Source: Bacteroidales bacterium (lineage in GTDB: Bacteria > Bacteroidota > Bacteroidia > Bacteroidales > UBA12077). From it: DNA of 64,000 bases. How positions within the stretch are numbered: the first letter of the stretch is position 1; the number at the start of each line of letters is the position of its first letter. The notes beneath the pieces were generated by a model, which saw nothing but the letters and a program-made list of their open reading frames with translations, had not been told where the DNA came from and did not search any database. Both the position numbers and the translations under genes were made by a program. This document shows positions 30,163 to 40,753 of this stretch, piece by piece. The DNA lies in the NCBI GenBank assembly GCA_003446015.1, contig DMBU01000054.1:1121-65120 (forward strand), written 5' to 3'.

Positions 30163-33100
30163 ATGAAAAATAAATTATTCATAAGCATAATATTAATTTT
30201 TATAGCTTCTTTTATTAAAGCTCAGGAATTAAAATTACCGACAAATATACAAAGTCCTAATGCCGCGAGTTTAGGTAAATATGGTGATGTTCCGGTTTCA
30301 TATTTTACAGGGACTCCAAATATTAATATTCCATTACATAAATTAAGTGTTAAAGGAATTGATCTGGATATTTCACTGAGCTACGATGCTTCGGGAATTA
30401 GAATAAATAGTCACCCTGGCTGGGTAGGACAAAATTGGACTCTTAATGCTGGAGGAGTTATTACACGATCAGTTATTGGTCTGGCAGATGAAATTCAAAC
30501 AGTTTTCCCTTTTAGTGGAGGTTATTTTAACTTTTATGCTGATCTTAATGAAACGAATCTAAGTGATAACAATGAATTATTAAATTATGCTAATGATCAA
30601 ACAGCAAATGGTCGAGATTATCAACCTGATATATTTTTTTTCAATTTCATGGGAATTAGTGGTAAGTTTTTTCTTGATCAGGATCGTTATTGGAGGGTTG
30701 TTAGTGAGAGTAATATAAAAGTTTATATGGAACCTCAATTAATTGACCCTTTTATTGATAAGTTACCTGAAGATATTTTTGGAGGATTAGAATATCCAGG
30801 AGTAATTGCGGGGTTTGTACTTACTGATGATCAAGGAACTATATATAAGTTTGGTTATAATGAAAATGCTACAGAATATAGTATGCCTTTCTTTAAACAA
30901 ATATTTCCTAAACCTTCTTATTGGGTTGCCAATGCATGGTATTTAACAGAGGTAATTGACAAACATGGAAATGAAATTTATAATTTTAATTATGAAAGGG
31001 ATAATTTTACTGCTCAATTCTATAGAAATACTGGAAGTAAAAGATTTTCATTAGAAGATGATTGTAACTGGTGGGAACCTTCTTGTCTTCTTCCAGCGTG
31101 CAATTATACGGTTTCTTTGGATAAAAATACGGTTGATGGAAATTTAATATCTCCTATATATTTAACTGAAATTACAACATTCTTTAATGAGAGGATATAT
31201 TTTGGAAGAGATGAATCTTCTGAATTAAAGTATGACAATTTGGATTTTATTCATACTTATGATGAATTACTTCGTAATTCAGTGCCTGTAGGTCAAGATT
31301 ATTTAAGCATATATTATCTTCAACAAGAAAATCAATATAATGATGGTCCTAGAACGGAAGATTATTTAGAAAATCTAAAATGGTTTAAGTTGAATGAAAT
31401 TAAAATTCATAATAGTATACAGCAATTTGTAAAAAAAATAGAATTTAATTATAATAATAGCTCGAGCCAAAGATTGAATTTATCAAGCATAGATATATAT
31501 GGCAGTGATGGTAATTGGAATCCTGAAGCTGTAAAATATTCATATTCTTTTGGTTATGAGCAATTCGACTTGCTTCCAAAATATTTATCGAAGGAAGTTG
31601 ATCATTGGGGATTTTTCAATAATCATGAATATACAATAGATGAAAATGATCTTGGAAAGTTTTATAGTGAAAGAGAATCTGATTCATTTTACACTAAGGT
31701 AGGGCTGCTTAATTTCATCACATACCCTACAGGGGGGTATTCCAGTTTTAATTATGAACCAAATGAATTTGCACAAATTGTTTCGAATGATCGTAGTTAT
31801 CTTGAAACTGAATCGGGAAAAGGAGCGGGTGTTAGAATAAAAAAAATAGTTGATTTTGATGGTAAAAATGAAGTGATAAGGAGTTTTAAATATATTTTGA
31901 ATTATGAGAATAATAAATATTCCTCTTTAAGCAGTGGAATATTAACATGTAAACCCAAGTATTATTGGTCCAACTGGCATGTACATAAATGGGATGCAGG
32001 CTATTCTTCAGATTATTATGCTAGTACATTCTCAATTAATAGCATGATTCCTCTTTCTAATATTTTTGGTGTTTTTAATGGGTATTCAGAGGTTATTGAA
32101 GAACGTCAGGATGGAAGTTTTACATTATATAAGTATTCAAATTGGGATAATGACAATAACTTCTTTTTTGATGAACAGCCTATTAATACGTTAAATGCAG
32201 AGGCTTCTCGGTATCATCCATATAACGAATTGGGAATCTTAAGAGGTAAGTTGATTGAAGTAAAACAATTTGATAATAATTCAAACTTGGTTAAAAAAAG
32301 GGTCTTAAATTATAGAACAGATCATTCAGACATGAAAGCTAATAATTATGTTTTAGCGACAGATGTTAGATTTGAAAGACCATGTAATGATTATGATTAT
32401 AAATTGTATACTGGGAATGCTTATAAAATATATTATTTCGATTATGATATTGTAGAAGAGATCACATCTAATTATTTAGAAGAAGAGGAAATTTCTGAAA
32501 CTGTAAAATATACAAAAGAAGATATCGTCTTACCTGATAATAATGTTCGTTTAACAAAAAACATAATAAAAACCAATTCTGAAGGCAATGTAATTGCTTC
32601 AGTTTTTAGCTATCCGTTAGATTTGTCATCTGAATCATACATGCAAAACTTAATTGATAATAATAGAATTGGAGAAATTATACAAACTGAAACAACAAAA
32701 GAAGGTCAATCAATAGGTGCTAAAAAAACAACATATAAACAAGAAAACGGTCTTATTGTAGCGGCAACAGTAGAAACATCAAAGACAAATATAAGTGCTT
32801 TAGAAACTGAAGTTGAATATGATAAATATGATAGTGAGGGAAATTTATTGCAGTATCATGATAAAAGTAATATTAATACTTGCTTTATCTGGGGATATAA
32901 GAATCAATATCCAATTGCTAAAATTGAGAACGCTGAATATACAGAATTTGAGTCATTTATTTCATCAATCCAATCAACTTCAAATAGTGAAATAGGAAAT
33001 TGTTTTAATAGCGAAAGTTGTCCGGAGCAAACCCTTCGTTCACAATTAAACAATTTGAGAGACAATATCCCAAATGCAATGATTACAAGTTACACATATG

Positions 33101-33855
33101 ACCCTGCAATTGGCGTTACAAGTATTACTCAACCTAATAAAATAATTGAGTATTATAGATATGATGAATTCAACAGATTACAAAAGGTTTTTGATTACAA
33201 AGAAAATTTTGTGAAAAGACATGAGTATAACTTTATAGACAGACCTTATATTGGCTTATCAGAGATAGAATATGATTGTCCATCTTTAGAATTAGGATCT
33301 CCTATAACTTTTTATACAAAACGAATTGTTGGTGTTGGAAATCTCAGTTGGATTATAAAAAGTGAAGCTTCTGTATTAGATACTCAAAGTGGTAGTGCTG
33401 AATCTTTTGCAACTAGACTTACTAATCATGGAGTAATGACTATAAATTGTAGCTATACTGATGAATCTAGCTATAAAACAGTAAGTAAGGAACTGAAAAT
33501 TAACGTTTCAGAGGTTTTCTGTAAATTTGTGGATATCCAAATAGGTAATCCATATACTCAACAGCCATATGCAGAAGCTTATGTGCAATGTCCTCTAGAA
33601 GATGTTGTTAGATTGTCAATGTTAAGCATGAACACTTCCGGTGCGGATTTCTATATCGGAGATACTCATTATAGAATTGAAGGCTATGGGAGTCAAATAG
33701 TAGAAGTGCCTGTTGGTAATCAGTCTAAACTGAAGTGTAGAGTTGAAATGTCATATGACTCACAAGGTTATTCAAGTATAACTATTCAGGGCCTAGAGAA
33801 TAATACGACTCAAATTGGAAGCCCATATATAATTGAACCTGTTGTTCGGCAATAA
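30163..33855 (+). CDS. large secreted protein with an SpvB/TcB-N-terminal-like region; toxin-complex accessory candidate
   Basis: 1230-aa ORF with a signal peptide. SPNAASLGKYGDVPVSYFTGTPNINIPL...SLSYDASG...GWVGQNWTL resembles the SpvB-type N-terminus found in Tc/RHS-associated proteins. Starts 24 nt after the nuclease gene. Confidence 0.45.
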   Translation: MKNKLFISIILIFIASFIKAQELKLPTNIQSPNAASLGKYGDVPVSYFTGTPNINIPLHKLSVKGIDLDISLSYDASGIRINSHPGWVGQNWTLNAGGVITRSVIGLADEIQTVFPFSGGYFNFYADLNETNLSDNNELLNYANDQTANGRDYQPDIFFFNFMGISGKFFLDQDRYWRVVSESNIKVYMEPQLIDPFIDKLPEDIFGGLEYPGVIAGFVLTDDQGTIYKFGYNENATEYSMPFFKQIFPKPSYWVANAWYLTEVIDKHGNEIYNFNYERDNFTAQFYRNTGSKRFSLEDDCNWWEPSCLLPACNYTVSLDKNTVDGNLISPIYLTEITTFFNERIYFGRDESSELKYDNLDFIHTYDELLRNSVPVGQDYLSIYYLQQENQYNDGPRTEDYLENLKWFKLNEIKIHNSIQQFVKKIEFNYNNSSSQRLNLSSIDIYGSDGNWNPEAVKYSYSFGYEQFDLLPKYLSKEVDHWGFFNNHEYTIDENDLGKFYSERESDSFYTKVGLLNFITYPTGGYSSFNYEPNEFAQIVSNDRSYLETESGKGAGVRIKKIVDFDGKNEVIRSFKYILNYENNKYSSLSSGILTCKPKYYWSNWHVHKWDAGYSSDYYASTFSINSMIPLSNIFGVFNGYSEVIEERQDGSFTLYKYSNWDNDNNFFFDEQPINTLNAEASRYHPYNELGILRGKLIEVKQFDNNSNLVKKRVLNYRTDHSDMKANNYVLATDVRFERPCNDYDYKLYTGNAYKIYYFDYDIVEEITSNYLEEEEISETVKYTKEDIVLPDNNVRLTKNIIKTNSEGNVIASVFSYPLDLSSESYMQNLIDNNRIGEIIQTETTKEGQSIGAKKTTYKQENGLIVAATVETSKTNISALETEVEYDKYDSEGNLLQYHDKSNINTCFIWGYKNQYPIAKIENAEYTEFESFISSIQSTSNSEIGNCFNSESCPEQTLRSQLNNLRDNIPNAMITSYTYDPAIGVTSITQPNKIIEYYRYDEFNRLQKVFDYKENFVKRHEYNFIDRPYIGLSEIEYDCPSLELGSPITFYTKRIVGVGNLSWIIKSEASVLDTQSGSAESFATRLTNHGVMTINCSYTDESSYKTVSKELKINVSEVFCKFVDIQIGNPYTQQPYAEAYVQCPLEDVVRLSMLSMNTSGADFYIGDTHYRIEGYGSQIVEVPVGNQSKLKCRVEMSYDSQGYSSITIQGLENNTTQIGSPYIIEPVVRQ

Positions 33856-33910
33856 CTTTATATACTTTTTGAAAGGATAACTTATATATTATACAATAGA
33901 TATAACAATT

Positions 33911-36900
33911 ATGAGAAGAATAAATTGGTTGCATACAATTACATTGTTATTAATAATTTTTATTAGTAATAAAACATATTCGCAAGATTTGCCAGATTTT
34001 ACAGTTGATATAACAACATTACCATTCGAAATTATAGAAGGGAGCACACCAACAATAACAATTAAAACAGAAAATATTGGAACTTCATATGCATCAGCAG
34101 GAGTTGTGAACTTTTATTTGTCAGAGAATAGTTCTTATGATGTGTCTGACACATATATTGGGAATCAATATTGTTATATTACTTTAGCGGCAGGAGAGTC
34201 TTACACATATGATGTCACACATGTCTCAATTCCTTCAGGCACATCACTGGGATTAAGGTATTTAATTGCATATATTGATGGAGGTCTTTCAGTTAATGAA
34301 TCAAATGAAAATAACAATACAGATTCACGTTTGTTTGAAGTAGTTGAAAATACATTATTACCAGAACTGTCATTAAGTATTTATAGTGCCAGTCCATCAA
34401 CTATAAATGTTGGAGAGAACACTACTCTTGTGTTTAATTTGTCAAATACTGGAGACGCAGATGCAGGTAGTAATACAACAGAATTCTACTTGTCGTCTAA
34501 TACTACATGTGAGAACTATATTGATGAATATTTAGGGTCTTATACTTATACTAGTATAAATGCAGGGGGAAATAGTACAACAGGAACAACTGTTACAATA
34601 CCCACTAATGTAGATGCAGGGACATGGTATATTGTAGCAAAAGTTGATGCAAATAATGAGGTTACTGAAAGTAATGAGGAAAATAATAATATCGCCTATA
34701 AGCAAGTAGAAATAACTGCAGATAGAGATTTGTTAGCTGAAATTATTAGCTTAAATCCATCATCCATTCTTCCTGGCGAAAGCACAAGTCTGAACTTTAT
34801 ATTATCTAATTTGGGTAGTGATAATGCAAGTTCTAGTACTATGAAATTTTACATTTCAAGTAACTCAACTTTTGAATCTGCAAGTGATATTTATTTAAGT
34901 TCGTACAACTGTTACGGTTTAACAGGAGGTGGTACTAGTACTGCAAATATTAACTTGACGATACCTGGAACTCTATATACGGGAACATGGTATATTTTGT
35001 GTATAGCCGATGCAATAAGTGAAATTACAGAGACCAACGAAAATAATAATATAGCAAGCCACGAAATCAGTATTTTACCAAAACCAGATTTATTTATTGT
35101 AAGTGCAAAAGCCAATCCAAGTTATATTTTTGATGGAGAAAGTACTTCTCTTACTTTTACTACAATTGGGTCACAAAATAATGCTGGCCCAAGTAGAACG
35201 AAGTTTTATTTATCTTCGAATACTACATACGACTCGGGAAGTGATATTTTATTAGGTTATTATGATCTTAGTAGTATTTATGCTGGCGATGTTATTATAT
35301 CAACAAAAAACCTCACAATACCATCAGGCACAGGAACAGGGATCACGTATATTTTATGTACAACTGATGCTAATAATGAAGTTGACGAAAGCTCGGAAAC
35401 TAATAACGTTTATAGTGTTCAGGTTAATATTAATCAGGTTCCTGCACCCACTATTTCTGCCGCACCGGATTGTTCGACAGGGTCAATTACCATCCATTCA
35501 GGTCTTTCAGGACAACAATCTTATGTATTATCAACAGGAACTTCTTGCAATACAGTAATAAATTCGTCATATGTAGATGCATCATCATATACTTTTACAA
35601 ATTTACCTACTGGAACATATACTGCATTCGTTGGGAAAAACGGCATTTATTCTAGTTGTTCTGAGCCAATTGAATTAAGCAATTATGAGAAGCCAACAGT
35701 TACGATAGAAAAAAATGATAATGATATTACGATAAGTTCCGATTTAACAATATTGCAAACTTTTTATTTGTCAGATGACAATTGTAATACATACATTGAC
35801 TCGCATACTGATGATGACCAGGCGTACACATTTTTAAATTTGCCTGATGGCACTTATTCTGCATACATTTTAAATGTATATAAAGGATGTATTTCTGAAT
35901 GTTCCAATAATGTTACAGTAGTAAATAAACCTGACTTATATATTACGGATCAAAGTGTAGATTCGAAATATATCAAAGCGGGAGAAAGTTGTTCTTTGAC
36001 TTTTACTTTGGGAAATGCTTCATCCTTAGGAACGGCAGGTGCAAGTACAACAAAGTTTTATTTATCTTTGGATACCCAGTTTGATTCTGATAATGATATT
36101 TTATTAGCTTACCACGATTTTGGCAGTTTGTTACCTCAAGAGACTTATACTATTACAAAAACTATTACACCTACAAGTTCAGATGATGGAGTTTATTACA
36201 TTTTAAGCATAGCTGATGCTGATAATGAAATAGAAGAAGGTCAAGAAACTAATAATTCTGCAAATACAGAAATTTATATTATTCAAGAATCTCCTGATCC
36301 AATAATTTCTACTCCTAATTCAGTTAAAACTGAAATTCCTTTAGTTCCTGCTGCATCAGATAATACATATGAACTTTCACAAACAGATATTCAATATTTT
36401 AATGGATTAGGACGTCCAATACAAAGTATTAATATTAAGCAAAGCCCTTCAGGTAAAGATATTGTACAAGATATTGAATATGATGAGTTAGGAAGACAAT
36501 ATAAATTGTATTTACCTTATGTAATTGAGGGAGCTGGAGAATATAAATATGATCCTAATTTAAATAATTTAACTAATTTTTATTTCGATCAACCCAATGT
36601 GGCTAAAACGATTTATCCTTATTCAGAAACCGTTTTTGATAATTCACCTTTAAATAGGGTTCAAGAACAGATTGCAGTTGGGAACGTTGGCGATATTATC
36701 CAGTACCAAGATTTCTCAGTTAATTTCAACTACGACGTATTTGTTTTTAATCCAGAAGGAGGTGGAGGCTCAGTTACAATAAGTATAGTAAATAATGTTT
36801 TAAATATAAGTTTTAGTTCAGGATTTGCAGAATCTCCTTTAAAAATAGGAAAAATAGTTGAGTTAACTACTTCTCCTAAATTGCCTGATATGATTTTGGG

Positions 36901-39900
36901 GTCGTTGGCTGATGGCCGTTATCAGGCTTATATTGACGACGGATATTTAGCAATACGAGGTGATTTTACTCCATTGGAGAATTTAACAGAGTCGCTAACT
37001 ATTCCTCTTGAAGGAAGAAGTAACCCAGTTAAATATAATTATTTGGTAAACTCCACCAATGAAGTAAGTTTATGGAAAGTGAATCAAGATAATAGCTGTG
37101 AGGTAAGCAATTATTATGAATCAAATAAACTTTTTAAATCGGAAACTATTGATGAAAATGAGAATTCTGTTTTTGAGTATGTTGATCTAACAGGAAAAAC
37201 AGTGCTTAAAAAGACTAATGATGGAGTTGTGGATTTGCTAACCTATTATGTATATGATATTTATGATCAGTTAAGATACGTATTCCCTCCATTAGCCGTT
37301 GAGAATTTAGGCTCAGAAACTGTTTTTGACACATCTCATGTTTTAGTTAAAAACCTATGCTATTACTATGAATATGATCATAGAAATCGTATGACCATAA
37401 AAAAACTGCCCGGAGCAGATCCTATCTATATGATTTACGATAATCGAGACCGATTAGTACTAACTCAGGATGGAAATTTACGTGATGAAAACAATTGGAT
37501 TTTTACCAAGTACGATGAATACAATCGCCCTGTACTGACAGGAATTTATTTCAATAATGTAAACACTGGACAAGCTAACATGCAAGCTTTTGTTAATTCT
37601 GAAATGTCTGTTTTTTATGAAGAAATACCTGATGGTTCTGATTATGAAGGAGACGATTTTGGATATACAAATTTATCTTTCCCAACATCGGATTTTGAGA
37701 TTTTAACTGTTGCTTATTACGATAATTATAATTTTGATATTAACGATGTAATCAGAAATTATTCAGAAACATATGATGATATTTATGATTATCCTGTTTC
37801 TAATATCAATTATGAAACAAAAGGACTCGTTACCGGAACATTAACAAAAGTTTTAGGTACAACCGATCATTACTTAATGTCCGTAAACTTTTACGATGAA
37901 AAAAATCGTATTTTAAGAACATATAACGAAAATTATCTTGGAGGGGATGATTTAATACTGAATAGTTACAATTTTATCGGTAATATCATAAAGACTAAAC
38001 AGGTTCATATTAAAGATGTAACTACATCCCCTATTGTAATAAATCAGCAATTTGACTATGATCATGCTTCTCGATTAGAAAAAGTACTCCATCAGATTGA
38101 AGGAAATGGAGATGCTCTTGTGATGGCGGAAATGGAATACAACGAGATTGGACAATTAATAAAAAAGAAACTTCATGAATCGGCACCAGATAATTTCTTA
38201 CAGGAAATAGATTTCACATATAATTCACGTGGTTGGCTGACAAAGATAAACGATACTGAAAATACAACAGATAATTTATTCGCAATGCAGCTAATTTATA
38301 ACGATTTTGTTGATGGTATAACTAGCACAAATGAAGCACAATATAATGGTAATATCTCAGCAATATTATGGAGAACTATACAAGATAAAAAAAATATAAG
38401 TATCGAAGATGAAACAGTAGATTCAGAAATAATCTCAAATTATATGATAACAGTTTCACCTGGTACTACTTTATTATCCGGAACGCATTTAGTTATAGAA
38501 CCTGGTGCTGTGGTTGAAGGAAATGCAGGTGTTACAGAAAAACAAGCATATGCTTTTAATTATGATGATGTTAATCGTCTTAAGAAAGGGGATTATAAAA
38601 TTGATATTGAAGGATGGACAAATCCAGACACCTATGACCTTGAAGCTGTTAATTATGATGCAAATGGGAATATCTCATTATTGAAACGTTTTGGAGATGA
38701 TGGATCATATTTAGACAATTTAGAATATGATTATTTGCATGAAGGTAATTTTACAAATCAGTTAAGAAATGTGACTGATATTGGTGATGTAGATAATGGT
38801 TTCTATGATCAAACAAACGCTGGAGTGGATGAAGAATATTTATACGATAATAATGGTAATCTTATAGTTGATGACAATAAAAGCTTTGATGTATATTATA
38901 ATTATTTGAACTTGCCCGAAGAAATCGATTTTGGAAATGGGGACAAAATTAAATATATTTACGATGCGAGTGGAGTTAAATTGGCTAAAGAAACTTATCA
39001 AAATAATGTTCTAAGCATGGACGTAGTGTATACCGGGAATATAATATATGAAGATCCAACTGGTTCCGATTTTACATTGTTAACTTCAGAAGGCAAAGTC
39101 TCAAAAACAAATTCTACATATAATTACGAATATTATCTAAAAGACCATTTGGGAAATACTAGGGTTATGTTCCATGATGATGGTAGTGGTAATGTTTTAG
39201 TTGATCAAGTAAACAGTTATTATCCTTTTGGAATGTTGTTCGAAAAACAGAATTTGGATAAAAATAAATACTTATATAATGGTAAAGAGTTACAAGAGGA
39301 TGTGTTTAATGGTGTAGCATTGGATTTGTATGATTACGGCATGAGAATGTATGACCCAAGCTTAGGTAGGTTTTTTACACAAGACAGGTTCTCTGAAAAA
39401 TATATAGACTTCTCTCCATATCAGTATGCTGCTAATAATCCAGCTCTTTTTATTGATGTTAATGGAGATAGTTTGTGGATAAATCATAAAGGAAATGATA
39501 TACTTTATGAAAATGGAAGTTTATATAATAAAGATGGTTCTGCGTATACAGGAAAAGGAGTAAAAACTAAAAAAGATGGAACTGTAAAATATACAGGGTT
39601 TTTAGGTAAGACTATGAGTGCTTTAGGAGCTATTAGTGGTGGAGCTGACGGTGCTTCTATGATTTCAGATTTACAATCATCAGATAATAATTTTGTAATT
39701 CAAAATGCAAGTAAAAGTGAATTTAAAGCAAATAATGCTTCAAAGGCATACGCAGGTCAAATACAATCTGATCCGAATTTATCTTCTGCATTAGCTTCTG
39801 GAGCTGACTTTTCTGGTGGCTCTGGTGGAACAATTTTTTGGAATTCATCAGGAACAATAGTACCTACATTAGCAGGAGGGGCTTCTAATGGAGCTATGGA

Positions 39901-40177
39901 TTTAGCTCATGAAATGTTCCATGGTTTAGATGCTAATAAGGGTTTATTAGATAATAGAATGCATCAAGGGATTAAGAGAAGTGAATGGAGTGCTGTTTAT
40001 CAAGAAAACAACTTACGCGGTCAACTGGGGCTTTCATTACGTACACATTATGTAAAAAATGTTGATCCGTCTGGTGTTTATATTGGTGGAAGTGGTGCTC
40101 GAATGATTACACCCGCTAATACACCTTATTTACCAATGTATCCTATGTCACCAAAACCAATACGAATAACTCCATAA
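33911..40177 (+). CDS. RHS/YD-repeat polymorphic toxin with N-terminal CARDB-like repeats and a C-terminal HExxH domain
   Basis: 2088-aa ORF with a signal peptide. It has several ~110-aa repeats ending ...ESNE.NN (CARDB-like) and a DIQYFNGLGRPIQS...YDELGRQ block. YD repeats follow, then the RHS core end YYPFGM...YLYNGKELQ...YDYGMRMYDPSLGRFFTQD...NPALFIDVNGD. A 235-aa tail follows, with LAHEMFHGL at 39908-39922. Confidence 0.85.
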   Translation: MRRINWLHTITLLLIIFISNKTYSQDLPDFTVDITTLPFEIIEGSTPTITIKTENIGTSYASAGVVNFYLSENSSYDVSDTYIGNQYCYITLAAGESYTYDVTHVSIPSGTSLGLRYLIAYIDGGLSVNESNENNNTDSRLFEVVENTLLPELSLSIYSASPSTINVGENTTLVFNLSNTGDADAGSNTTEFYLSSNTTCENYIDEYLGSYTYTSINAGGNSTTGTTVTIPTNVDAGTWYIVAKVDANNEVTESNEENNNIAYKQVEITADRDLLAEIISLNPSSILPGESTSLNFILSNLGSDNASSSTMKFYISSNSTFESASDIYLSSYNCYGLTGGGTSTANINLTIPGTLYTGTWYILCIADAISEITETNENNNIASHEISILPKPDLFIVSAKANPSYIFDGESTSLTFTTIGSQNNAGPSRTKFYLSSNTTYDSGSDILLGYYDLSSIYAGDVIISTKNLTIPSGTGTGITYILCTTDANNEVDESSETNNVYSVQVNINQVPAPTISAAPDCSTGSITIHSGLSGQQSYVLSTGTSCNTVINSSYVDASSYTFTNLPTGTYTAFVGKNGIYSSCSEPIELSNYEKPTVTIEKNDNDITISSDLTILQTFYLSDDNCNTYIDSHTDDDQAYTFLNLPDGTYSAYILNVYKGCISECSNNVTVVNKPDLYITDQSVDSKYIKAGESCSLTFTLGNASSLGTAGASTTKFYLSLDTQFDSDNDILLAYHDFGSLLPQETYTITKTITPTSSDDGVYYILSIADADNEIEEGQETNNSANTEIYIIQESPDPIISTPNSVKTEIPLVPAASDNTYELSQTDIQYFNGLGRPIQSINIKQSPSGKDIVQDIEYDELGRQYKLYLPYVIEGAGEYKYDPNLNNLTNFYFDQPNVAKTIYPYSETVFDNSPLNRVQEQIAVGNVGDIIQYQDFSVNFNYDVFVFNPEGGGGSVTISIVNNVLNISFSSGFAESPLKIGKIVELTTSPKLPDMILGSLADGRYQAYIDDGYLAIRGDFTPLENLTESLTIPLEGRSNPVKYNYLVNSTNEVSLWKVNQDNSCEVSNYYESNKLFKSETIDENENSVFEYVDLTGKTVLKKTNDGVVDLLTYYVYDIYDQLRYVFPPLAVENLGSETVFDTSHVLVKNLCYYYEYDHRNRMTIKKLPGADPIYMIYDNRDRLVLTQDGNLRDENNWIFTKYDEYNRPVLTGIYFNNVNTGQANMQAFVNSEMSVFYEEIPDGSDYEGDDFGYTNLSFPTSDFEILTVAYYDNYNFDINDVIRNYSETYDDIYDYPVSNINYETKGLVTGTLTKVLGTTDHYLMSVNFYDEKNRILRTYNENYLGGDDLILNSYNFIGNIIKTKQVHIKDVTTSPIVINQQFDYDHASRLEKVLHQIEGNGDALVMAEMEYNEIGQLIKKKLHESAPDNFLQEIDFTYNSRGWLTKINDTENTTDNLFAMQLIYNDFVDGITSTNEAQYNGNISAILWRTIQDKKNISIEDETVDSEIISNYMITVSPGTTLLSGTHLVIEPGAVVEGNAGVTEKQAYAFNYDDVNRLKKGDYKIDIEGWTNPDTYDLEAVNYDANGNISLLKRFGDDGSYLDNLEYDYLHEGNFTNQLRNVTDIGDVDNGFYDQTNAGVDEEYLYDNNGNLIVDDNKSFDVYYNYLNLPEEIDFGNGDKIKYIYDASGVKLAKETYQNNVLSMDVVYTGNIIYEDPTGSDFTLLTSEGKVSKTNSTYNYEYYLKDHLGNTRVMFHDDGSGNVLVDQVNSYYPFGMLFEKQNLDKNKYLYNGKELQEDVFNGVALDLYDYGMRMYDPSLGRFFTQDRFSEKYIDFSPYQYAANNPALFIDVNGDSLWINHKGNDILYENGSLYNKDGSAYTGKGVKTKKDGTVKYTGFLGKTMSALGAISGGADGASMISDLQSSDNNFVIQNASKSEFKANNASKAYAGQIQSDPNLSSALASGADFSGGSGGTIFWNSSGTIVPTLAGGASNGAMDLAHEMFHGLDANKGLLDNRMHQGIKRSEWSAVYQENNLRGQLGLSLRTHYVKNVDPSGVYIGGSGARMITPANTPYLPMYPMSPKPIRITP

Positions 40178-40180
40178 ACT

Positions 40181-40681
40181 ATGAAAAGATATTTAATTTA
40201 CTTAGGTATAATTATTTTTACAAGCTGTAATAGTGTTGCTCAAACTTTAGTAAAATATGATACGTATTCTAATAATCAATCTATAAAGGTAAAAATGAAG
40301 ATTCCTTCTGAATTTGATTTAAAAAGATATGAAGTAACAGTTGAAAAAGAGAATCAATATTTTTACATGGATTCTTCTATTATATATATATCAAATTTTA
40401 CTAATAACCCCAATTATTCAAATATTAAACAGCTCGGAGATAGTATTGCTAATTATAGATTTCAAGATGAAGAATTAACTAAGAGTATAAATGAACAAAT
40501 GAATAAAGAAGTTGTAAAACCGTTGCCCGATAGTCTGGTTCTTTTTGGTATTGATGAAAATAATCTATTTTGGAAAGATATAAAAATTGGGAAAATTAGT
40601 ATAGGTTACTTAAAAGTCTCAGAAGATAAAAAAGAATTGTTTGACAAGTCATTAAAAACAGTAAAAATTAAGCAACCTTAA
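40181..40681 (+). CDS. putative cognate immunity lipoprotein
   Basis: 166-aa ORF starting 3 nt after the toxin stop. Lipobox-like IIIFTSC. The position is canonical for RHS immunity genes. Confidence 0.55.
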   Translation: MKRYLIYLGIIIFTSCNSVAQTLVKYDTYSNNQSIKVKMKIPSEFDLKRYEVTVEKENQYFYMDSSIIYISNFTNNPNYSNIKQLGDSIANYRFQDEELTKSINEQMNKEVVKPLPDSLVLFGIDENNLFWKDIKIGKISIGYLKVSEDKKELFDKSLKTVKIKQP

Positions 40682-40720
40682 TACGGCGTAGAAGCAAAAA
40701 AAAGAAATAATATAATAAGT

Positions 40721-40753
40721 AAAAAGGTTCAAGTAAATGCTTGGACCTTTTTA
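40721..40753. terminator. bidirectional hairpin terminator
   Basis: AAAAAGGTTCAAG / CTTGGACCTTTTT with flanking A- and T-runs. Confidence 0.65.
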
